Of a DNA stretch of 64,000 bases, positions 49,335 to 64,000 are shown one piece after another. Below the pieces are notes generated by a model. The model searched no databases. It was not told the DNA's origin and saw only the letters and a list, made by a program, of their open reading frames with translations. Both the position numbers and the translations under genes were made by a program. This DNA comes from Macrostomum lignano (taxonomy: Eukaryota), in contig NIVC01000020.1 in assembly GCA_002269645.1 (NCBI GenBank), forward strand, positions 930,001-994,000, given 5' to 3'. Position 1 is the first letter of the stretch. The number at the start of each line of letters is the position of its first letter.

Positions 49335-51707
49335 CTATAATTTATCCGGCCAGTCAATCGACGCAGTTGACGGCATCAGAACCTCCGCTTCCACCGCTGC
49401 GGACGGCGTCGCAGTCTCGGACTCGACCTCCGCGGTGGTGTCCGAAAGCTCTGCCGCAGCCTCTTCCTTCCCTCCGACCTCCGCCTCATCCGATTCTTCC
49501 ACGGCAGCCGCAACGGCAGCCGCGCGCAGCAGCTCCGCCACTTCGGTGCGCCCGAACCGCTCGGCGTCGTTCAGCGGCGTGAAGCCCCAGCGGTCGCGCG
49601 GCCCGACCGCCACGCCGCAGGTGACCAGCAGGAACTGCACGGCCTCCGCGTGGCCCTCCGCCGCGGCAACGTGAAGCGCCGTCCGGCCATCGTAGTCGGC
49701 CTGGTCCATGCAGAGGCCCTTCAGGAAGGCGCCGCGCAGGGCGGTCACGTCGTTGTTGCTGGCGGCGAACAGCAGGCCGACAATCTCGGCGCTCTGCGTC
49801 TCCGTCAGGCGGCGTCGGGAGTCGGCGCGGTCGGGGCGGCGCCGCACGGTGGAGTCGAAGTTGTGCAGGCTGAAGCGGGCCACCAGCTCTCGGCAGAACT
49901 GGATGCCGCGGCACGAGTTGCCCTGCCTGTCCAGCGGCGGGGACCACAGCGCGATGCCCATGAGGCCGGGAATCACCAGCAGGATGGCGCCGGACACGCC
50001 CGACTTGGCCGGCAGGCCGCACTTGAAGGCAAACTGGCCGCTGTAGTCGTACAGGCCGCAGCTGTGCATGAGTGACAGGGTGTCCCGGACGGCCTCGGCC
50101 GACAGCACCGGGTCGCCGGTCAGCGGGCAGACGCCGCCGTTCGCCAGGGTGGCAGCAATGACGGCAGCGGAGTCGCAGGTGGCCTCCAGGGCGCACAGCT
50201 GCAGGTAGAAGTCGAGCGTCTCGCGCAGGTCGGTGTCGGGCGGGAAGCAGCCGTTCTCGCGCATGTAATAGCCGATGGCGTAGTTCCTGTCCGAGCTCTC
50301 CCTCTCGGACAGGAAGGTGGAGTTGGAGAAGCCGAGGCGCTCGCCAGCGGACATTCGCAGGTACTGGCGGAGCACGTAGTCGAAGCGGTCGGCTAGTCGC
50401 TGGCCGCGCGCCAGGAGGCTGCAGACGGCGATAGCGCCGCTGTTGATCATCGGGTTGTGCGGCTTGTTCTCCGAGTTCAGCGCGATGGAGTTGAAGCTGA
50501 TGCCGGACGGCTCGTAGCCAACGAATTGGTGCACCCGGTCGGAGCCCGCCTCCGTCATGGCCAGCGCGTAGTTCAGCGGCTTGCTGACCGACTGGAGGCA
50601 GAATGGAACCTGTGGGAGAGGGGAGGTGGACAGTGTCCGGCATGTCACTCGGGGGACAGTGAGGTGACATGGACAGTGTCCGGCATGTCACTCGGGGGAC
50701 AGTGAGGTGACATGGACAGTGTCCGGCATGTCAATCAGGGGACAGGTGAGGTGACATGGACAGTGTCCGGCATGTCAATCAGGGGACAGGTGAGGTGACA
50801 TGGACAGTGTCCGGCATGTCACTCGGGGGACAGTGAGGTCACATGGACAGTGTCCGGCATGTCACTCGGGGGACAGTGAGGTCACATGGACAGTGTCCGG
50901 CATGTCAATCAAGGGACAGGTGAGGTGACATGGACAGTGTCCGGCATGTCACTCGGGGGGACAGTGAGGTGACATGGACAGTGTCCGGCATGTCACTCGG
51001 GGGGACAGTGAGGTGACATGGACAGTGTCCGGCATGTCAATCAGGGAACAGGAGACGGGAGAAGGTTACACCCAGCTTGCCTGGTGGTCACCAAAGCCCG
51101 CCCGCTGCCCGTCGACGGTGCAGACGGCGGCGCCCCACCTGGCGGGGTCAGCCCGGGCCAGCTGCGGGATGCAGTTGGCCACGCGGCCCTCCGTGTTGGC
51201 CCGGCAGCGCTCGAAGATGGCGGCCAACTCGCCGGTGAACTCCTGGAAGTCGGGCAGCACGAAGTCCTTGCGCAGCACCTGCAGCAGCAGGGCGATGCTC
51301 GCCCGCGCCACCTCGGCGAAGGCGGCGCGGTCCAGGAAGAAGGAGTTGCGCGCCTCCTCGTCGCACATCACCGCCCGCTTCTGGCGCTCGCGGATGCTGG
51401 CTACGCACTGGCGGAGCCGCGGGTCGCTGAGCTGGATGCCGGCCGCCTCCACCACGCCGAGCAGGCGGGACACGGGCACCCGGTCGGTGGCGCGATCCTT
51501 CAGAATGTCGAACACGGCGTCGCAGGAGCCGCGGCTGGCCTGCGCGGCGCGGTACTGCCGCTCCGCTTCGTTGCGGACTCGACGAGCCTCCGACAGAGTT
51601 TCCAGGAGGCGCGGCGGAGACTGCGGCGGCTCCGGCTTCATCGAGCCGGCCAGGGACGAGGCGGGGAGCAGCTGAAGCGGTTCGGTGCGCGCCTCGGTCA
51701 CCAGCAT
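49335..51707 (-). CDS. GLS: Glutaminase, GLS-type with C-terminal ankyrin repeats; complement join(51081..51707,49335..50609), start uncertain
   Basis: DFVLPDFQEF, IPQLA, VCTVDGQR, VPFCLQSVSKP (catalytic SxxK), KPHNPMINSGAI, GLYDYSGQFAFKCGLPAKSGVSG, and ankyrins DYDGRTALHVAAAEGH and DRWGFTPL. Best-aligning intron is GC-AG. AATAAA on the minus strand at about 49181-49186. Confidence 0.93.
50626..51050. repeat. Intronic 43/44-bp self-complementary minisatellite, about 10 copies
   Basis: GTGACATGGACAGTGTCCGGCATGTCACTCGGGGGACAGTGAG. Fills about 90% of the 471-bp glutaminase intron. Confidence 0.96.
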
Positions 51708-51885
51708 GGAGGCGGGAGAGCTGAGAAACAGCTGAGCAGCATCGCAGTGCAATTGAAATGGAGTTGGACTGAAGCGGCTTCAGGGTTAGGGACATAGACA
51801 TCTGCGCGAACTTCCGGCTGAGTAGCTCGCTGTCGCCTCAGGAGAGCTTTAAATATTTATACAAGTGGATGGAACCGTTTATTGG

Positions 51886-52258
<373 letters not shown>

Positions 52259-52904
52259 TCTCGCATTCCCAGGTGTCTCACCGCATTCCCAGGTGTCTCA
52301 CCGCATTTCCATGTGTCTCATTGCACACCTACGCATCTCACTTCACACTACAAAGCAGAAATAATTGCTAGCCAGACAGCACTGAGCCCTTGTCAACTTG
52401 AGCAGCTTTGAAGCGTATAAAAGCAAAAGTGCGGCCCAACAAGGATTTGGGATTTATCCTGCGACTCCCCGTCTCTCCCTACTCGGCATTGACCATCCAG
52501 CCATGTCAAATATTTTAGCTGAGAAGCGGCTGTCTGCCCGGCCGGGCGTGTTTGAGCAAACAGCGGGGATTCGTTAGTGGGGCTGAGAGCCCGGGTGGTC
52601 CGGCCAGCGGCTGGTGAACTTTTCATTCACAAGTTTTTAGCCGCTGAGGCGAGGGGCCTGTGGAGGGCTGCAGGTGACTGCAGGCCGCTGCTCTCGCGGC
52701 ATTGGACAGCCGGCCGGCTGCCTGCCGACCCAACCAGCGCTTGTGGCGCTGATCCTCAAATCCTCAAATCCAGAAATCCAAAATCCCACGGCCAGCAAAT
52801 TCAGTCACAGCGGTTGCCAGAAGAAGAACGGAAAATCAAACCGGAAAGATAAAAGAGGAGGAGGCCGCGCTATGAACTGCTGGCAGGACTCTTGACCCTG
52901 GTGG

Positions 52905-53103
52905 TCAAGCTGTGACCCCGGCGGACAGTGACCCCGGCGGACAGTGACCCCGGCAGACAGTAACCCCGGCGGTTAAGCTGTGACCCCGGCGGACAGTAAC
53001 CCCGGCGGTTAAGCTGTGACCCCGGCGGACAGTGACCCCACTTAACAGTGACTTCAGCGGACAGTGACCCCGGAGGACAGTGATCCCGGAGGACAGTGAC
53101 CCC
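52905..53103. repeat. Degenerate 16-bp repeat GTGACCCCGGCGGACA
   Basis: Direct reading. Ends about 25 bp before the putative ENaC ATG. Confidence 0.85.
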
Positions 53104-53128
53104 AAGACACCCGTCAGTGCAGTCCGCG

Positions 53129-58271
<5,143 letters not shown>

Positions 58272-59415
58272 GTCTGGCGCCCCAACTCCTCCTCCCCGAC
58301 TCGCGCATCTGTCTGTCTGTACTTGTACAAACCCCAGCCTCCGTTCGCCATCTCGCCTCTCCCAATCAACTAGCTTTACAACATATAATTTGTGTGAATT
58401 CATTCCCAAATGTGACTCGAAGAGCGAGGCAAAGAGCCGGCACTTCGCACGGCTCGGTCCTTTATCAAATGCTATTTCGCTATTTCATTAGAGCTTGACT
58501 GGATGAGCACAAGTTGCTAAATAAAGAATTCTTAGACTCGCTCAGCCTCACTGCGATGAAGCGATGCCTGTGCGATGACCGCGTGAACAAAAACTTTGCC
58601 TTCTTGCTATTCTCCAAGCAGCCTGGTGCCGAGACGAACTGGGAGAGGCGGCCCATCCGGAAGCCCAGTGCGCCCTCGAGAACTGTAGTTTCCTTTTTAA
58701 ACTGCTTCGACTTCTTGCATTGCTCAAACCTGACACAATCTGCCCGTCCCATCCTGTTCCTCAGTGAGTTCTCCAACTTGGAAACAGCAGGCACTTTTTT
58801 CCTAATCTTGGCTCTCGTCTGCAAACCTGAGCTCTGGGATTTTCATGCACAACTGGATTGAATAACACAGGGCTGGCCGCAGTGTCAGGAGCTTTGCAAA
58901 GAGGATTTGCTCGCAGCAACCCGAGCTCCCCAGCTTCCCAGTTGGGAATCGACTGTGGATGCGCAATACCCATTGATTGGCTAATAAATGCAGACACTTG
59001 CTGACACTGAGCGGGAAATGCACCGACAGAAGTTATGACTGATGGCAGGCTCTCGGGGCAGTCCGAACTCGCCAGTCCCCTGCCAATTAGTCGCCAAAAT
59101 GCCCCCATGGTTGCCGCGCAATTTGTCAGGGGGGGGGGTGGGCTCGGAGAGCTGCTGAGGGACTTTGATTGAAGAAGTTTCCGCCTCCTCAGGGAGCTCA
59201 AAGTGCATCGGCTGGCAAATGCAAAATTTGGCGCACTTGAATCGAGTAGCTTTTATCAAAGCGATTGATGGGAAACTATCGTTATTGGGATAAGCCTGGA
59301 AGCGACTCTCAGAGCTCGGGGTTATTGCACTCTCGCTGGTCAATGCAGCAGTGACAATTCGAGACAATTCCGTCTGATTCTGAGGACGATTCTTAGGTAG
59401 TTCAAGGGCGACTCT

Positions 59416-60253
59416 TAGGGCTGTTCAGGAGTAATTCTCAAGGCTGTTCAGGAGTAATTCTCAAGGCTGTTCAGGAGCAATTCTCAAGGCTGTTCAGGAG
59501 TAATTCTCAAGGCTGTTCAGGAGTAATTCTCAAGGCTGTTCAGGAGCAATTCTCAAGGCTGTTCAGGAGTAATTCTCAAGGCTGTTCAGGAGTAATTCTC
59601 AAGGCTGTTCAGGAGCAATTCTCAAGGCTGTTCAGGAGTAATTCTCAAGGCTGTTCATGAGCAATTCTCAAGGCTGTTCATGAGCAATTCTCAAGGCTGT
59701 TCAGGGGCGGTTCTCAAGGCTGTTCAGGAGTAATTCTCAAGGCTGTTCATGAGTAATTCTCAAGGCTGTTCATGAGCGATTCTCAAGGCTGTTCAGGGGC
59801 GGTTCTCAAGGCTGTTCAGGAGCGATTCTCAAGGCTGTTCATGAGCGATTCTCAAGGCTGTTCAGGAGCGATTCTCAAGGCTGTTCATGAGCGATTCTCA
59901 AGGCTGTTCAGGAGCGATTCTCAAGGCTGTTCATGAGTAATTCTCAAGAAAGTCCAGGAGCGATTCTCAAGGCTGTTCATGAGCGATTCTCAAGGCTGTT
60001 CAGGAGCGATTCTCAAGGCCGTTCAGGAGCGATTCTCAAGGCTGTTCAGGAGCGATTCTCAAGGCTGTTCATGAGTAATTCTCAAGAAAGTCCAGGAGCG
60101 ATTCTCAAGGCTGTTCAGGAGCGATTCTCAAGGCCGTTCAGGAGCGATTCTCAAGGCCGTTCAGGAGCGATTCTCAAGGCTGTTCAGGAGCGATTCTTAA
60201 GGCTGTTCGGGAGCGATTCTCAAGGCTGTTCAGAAGCGATTCTCAAGGCTGTT
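59416..60253. repeat. Minisatellite, 23-bp TCAAGGCTGTTCAGGAGYRATTC, about 36 copies
   Basis: Direct reading. Confidence 0.95.
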
Positions 60254-61645
60254 TAGGGGCGAGTCTGGGACAGTTTAGGAGCGATACGATCGGACAGTTT
60301 CAAGCGATTCTCGTACAGTTCAGAGGGAGAATCTGACAAGTTTAAGGCAATCCGTTGACTGTCCAGGGGAAGTTCAGGAACGATTCACCATGAATCTTTT
60401 CAGATGATTCGATGGAATCCCGTGTTTAGCACCGATTATTTCAATACAGTTCAAATCTTAAGAAAGGTCCCGCGGCAGCACGCAGGGTGCCCAAGGAGCG
60501 CTGCCCTATCAAAGATCCCTCCCCGATACCGGAGTATCGAGATCGCCGATCGCTGCCAGGCATGCAGCGATGTTCATGTCAGCCTCCAGCTCGGGATCCG
60601 TCAGATTCATCAGGCGCTTAGAAAGCAGAAGTTGCGAGCGGCAGAGATAAATAAGCGCCATCATCAGCTGCACCGTGAGACCTGGGAGATCTGAGGAGCG
60701 GTGAGGCTGGATTTCGGCCGCAGTTAGAAACAATAAATTCAACGATGCCGCAGAATTAATCCGATCGCTTTGAAGTCACCGCCAGGACAGCTGATCGCGT
60801 AAGCAGCAGGCCGCGACCCCGAGACTTGATTGCAAACTGCTCAACACAAAACCGAACAGCCTCCCCAGCCACTCAGAAATCAGCTCTGCCATTGTGTTCT
60901 ATTTATCCCACATCCCACAATGCCAATTTCCAAAGCTTCAATTGAAAAAAAGGGGGTGAAAACCTGGAAGACAATGTCAGTTCATTGTTCACTTGTTCAG
61001 CAGGCGGCTGCTGTAGTGCCGCAGGGCCCTCACTATATTTGCACAGGGGCTGCGGAGAGCTGGCAGAATAAGACAGGCAAAGGAGCCACGCTAATTGCCG
61101 GGAGGAGGAACTGGGGGGCGAAGGATAAAAAGCGAGCCTCTCCATGGCAACAGGAAAATATAGCCACATTAGGGAATAAAAATGCCAAGCAGCAGCTGAC
61201 TCGGGGAGGTGTTTGGCAAAAATACAGAAAACTGACACTGAGCGATACGATGAGGGTGAGCGAATTGACATCCGGGAAACTTAGACTCGCATTAGACTTC
61301 AGGTGCTAAGCACAAAATAGAACATTGAGTACTTTTAATTTAACACGACGAAATATAAGAGGCGGCGGGAGAAGCAAATAGTTGAAACCGGTTTCAGTAA
61401 AATATGCTCGAAATTAACTGCTGGAAAAATATACATCCGTAGTTCAAGCTCCTGCATATGGCCGAGCCTAGCAACTGTCTATGGCCCAAACCCCTTACCG
61501 ACAGATCAAAGCCGGCACAACGGACGCACTTGCCACTCTCTATGGGACAAACGCATGTAGTTTAAAAGCCTCCCGGAAATGGCAGTAACAGTAATGACAG
61601 GAAATGCCTACACGCAGGCCCAGGGCGCGGTGAGTCCTCGAAAGG

Positions 61646-62269
61646 CTACTCGGTCTTCAGCCGCTCTCTGTAGGCCCGGAAAGCGGCCTGCCGGTAGCTC
61701 TCAGCAGCCGATCTGGGGTCGCTGGCCTCGGCCACGCCACGACCAACAATGATAACGTCGCAGCCGCCCCGGCCGACCACGTGACCCGGCTCCCTGTAGC
61801 GCTGGCCGAGGCCGTCCGAGGCGCCGCCGGAGAAGCTGACGCCCGGCGTGAACTGCAGCAGGCCGGGGTCGGTGGCCAGGTCGGACTGGCACACCAGGCC
61901 GGCCACCAGGTGGCCGTGCGTCTCGGCCATGGCCAGGGCGGCTGCCGAGTACTCCTCGTTGATCGGGCTGCCCTCGGAGCTCATCTCGGCCACCAGCACC
62001 GCGGCCATGCCGTGGGCTCCCTCCAGGCCGGACAGCAGGCCGGGGCCCGGCAGGGCGTGCGCGGTGACCAGGTCCGCCCAGTCAGCTATGCGGAACTGGC
62101 CGCCGGTGGCCTGCAGCCGGGTCACGTGACCGATGTCGGCCAGCTTCCGGTCCTCCATAATCAGGAAGTTGTGCCGCTTGGCCAGGTCCCGCAGTCTGGA
62201 GACGAAGTCCGGACTGAAGTCATCAAGGATGTCGCAGTGCACCTTCAGGACGCAGATGTGCGGGCCCAC
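61646..62269 (-). CDS. UMPS: OMP decarboxylase C-terminal exon, probably of UMP synthase (5' exons outside the window)
   Basis: Acceptor ccag at 62270-72, then VGPHICVLKVHCDIL, EDRKLADIG (DxKxxD), WADLVTAHALPG, FTPGV, GLGQRY and IIVGRG; stop at 61646. The OPRT domain is not visible, so the bifunctional assignment follows from animal gene structure. Confidence 0.9.
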   Translation of the reverse strand: MGPHICVLKVHCDILDDFSPDFVSRLRDLAKRHNFLIMEDRKLADIGHVTRLQATGGQFRIADWADLVTAHALPGPGLLSGLEGAHGMAAVLVAEMSSEGSPINEEYSAAALAMAETHGHLVAGLVCQSDLATDPGLLQFTPGVSFSGGASDGLGQRYREPGHVVGRGGCDVIIVGRGVAEASDPRSAAESYRQAAFRAYRERLKTE

Positions 62270-62326
62270 CTGGCGGGTTGGTGGCAGAGTTGACTAATGG
62301 GTGATTAAGCTGCCGAGGCCAATTGG

Positions 62327-62982
62327 ACTAATGGTAAGACTCCTGAATTCAATTAGACTAATAGGTGAGACTCCTGAATCCAATTAGACTAATAGGTAAG
62401 ACTCATGAATCCAATTAGACTAATAGGTGAGACTCCTGAATCCAATTAGACTAATAGGTGAGACTCTTGAATCCAATTAGACTAATAGATGAGACTCCTG
62501 AATCCAATTAGACTAATAGGTGAGACTCCTGAATCCAATTAGACTAATAGGTGAGACTCCTGAATCCAATTAGACTAATAGGTGAGACTCCTAAATCTAA
62601 TTAGACTAATAGGTGAGACTCCTGAATCCAAGTAGACTAATAGATGAGACTCCTGAATCCAATTAGACTAATAGGCGAGACTCCTGAATCCAATTAGACT
62701 AATAGGTGAGACTCCTGAATCCAATTAGACTAATAGGTGAGACTCCTAAATCTAATTAGACTAATAGGTGAGACTCCTAAATCTAATTAGACTAATAGGT
62801 GAGACTCCTGAATCCAATTAGACTAATAGGTGAGACTCCTGAATCCAATTAGACTAATAGGTGAGACTCCTAAATCTAATTAGACTAATAGGTGAGACTC
62901 CTGAATCCAATTAGACTAATAGGTGAGACTCCTGAATCCAAGTAGACTAATAGATGAGACTCCTGAATCCAATTAGACTAAT
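62327..62982. repeat. Intronic 31-bp minisatellite TGAGACTCCTGAATCCAATTAGACTAATAGG, about 21 copies
   Basis: Direct reading. Confidence 0.96.
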
Positions 62983-63589
62983 ATACGATGGTTTAGCAAC
63001 ACGAAAGCAAACTCTTTGAATTTAAAACATTGTTAATCCGCAGGCGCCACCGCATTAAACTGGGCAGGCTGCAATGCAGAACTGACTCTCAGAGCCCCCA
63101 GCTCAAGCCGCCCACCCCGCCTCCCCAGCTCAAGCCGCCCACCCCGCCTCCCCAGCCAGGTATTTTATTGCATCAAAGTTTGTCTGGTTGGCAATTCAGC
63201 GATTGGAATTTTTCCGATAGATAAAAATTTTGCCCGCAACGGTGGCCGCTCAGGTCTAATTGGGCTGCCACACCTGTCTCCCCGCCTGAGTCAGCTGCCA
63301 GGCCTGCATTTCTGGGGGGGGGGGTCCATAATGGAGAATAAATTCCAAAAATGATAAAGCCTACTGGACATTGTGAAGGTAATAAAAACCATCTGCCCAA
63401 CTTTTTAAAGCCGATCAATAGCTATGCCATCCTAAGGCTGGGTAATAAATCATGATTTTTGCTCAATTAAACGCTGCTTTGCTGGGACTCAAAATAGTAA
63501 ATTAGCTCACTCAGGCCAATCAGCTATTGAATAGCTCTTGGTCTTCCGTTTGATCATTAGCCTTAGGGTTATTGGGCCAGACATTAGCC

Positions 63590-64000
63590 CGGTCAATGAG
63601 TCAGTCAGCCATTAGCCCAGGTCAATGAGTCAGTCAGCCATTAGCCCAGGTCAATGAGTCAGTCAGCCATTAGCCCAGGTCAATGAGTCAGTCAGCCATT
63701 AGCCCAGGTCAATGAGTCGTCAGCCATTAGCCCAGGTCATTGAGTCAGTCAGCCATTAGCCCAGGTCATTGAGTCAGTCAGCCATTAGCCCAGGTCAATG
63801 AGTCAGTCAGCCATTAGCCCAGGTCAATGAGTCGTCAGCCATTAGCCTAGGTCATTGAGTCAGTCAGCCATTAGCCCAGGTCATTGAGTCAGTCAGCCAT
63901 TAGCCCAGGTCAATGAGTCGTCAGCCATTAGCCCAGGTCATTGAGTCAGTCAGCCATTAGCCCAGGTCATTGAGTCAGTCAGCCATTAGCCCAGGTCATT
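63590..64000. repeat. 29-bp minisatellite TCAGTCAGCCATTAGCCCAGGTCAWTGAG (27-bp variants), runs off the window
   Basis: Direct reading. Confidence 0.95.

Noticed and set aside
58514-60742. Short non-repetitive ORFs 58514-58861 (+) and 60509-60742 (-)
   Set aside because: No ATG-to-stop model with supporting splice sites or recognisable domain. They may be UTR or intergenic sequence.
62128-62150. OMP decarboxylase DIGHVT instead of DIGNTV
   Set aside because: The catalytic DxKxxD is intact and the change is peripheral. It cannot be judged unusual without an alignment.

Overview
Eukaryotic (animal) genomic window, not prokaryotic: spliceosomal introns, GC3-rich exons and poly-Q/poly-A tracts. 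The minisatellite-packed introns and the DEG/ENaC subtype suggest a Macrostomum-like flatworm, which is an inference. Six protein-coding loci were reconstructed by hand from splice signals and domain continuity. They are a clan-2 cytochrome P450 (+), GATA1/2/3 (+) and Pax2/5/8 (-) arranged tail-to-tail about 1 kb apart, a GLS-type glutaminase (-) and a DEG/ENaC channel (+, one 1-bp frameshift) arranged head-to-head, and the last exon of UMPS/OMP decarboxylase (-). The AT-rich first 7 kb holds DNA-transposon relics (a Sola-like element with a perfect 33-bp hairpin, and a Charlie-type end). A deleted mariner with perfect TIRs lies just past the glutaminase. About 30 unrelated tandem arrays cover roughly 30% of the window, fill 12 of 15 modelled introns and never interrupt a coding exon. 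The most notable points are: the array/intron architecture and its GTGAG enrichment; the GATA123-Pax258 pair with candidate autoregulatory sites and several alternative Pax N-termini; a P450 lacking the catalytic I-helix Thr; and an ENaC-family channel with altered HG and GxS motifs and a lost disulfide pair. Most long ORFs in the supplied track are repeat translations or antisense shadows.
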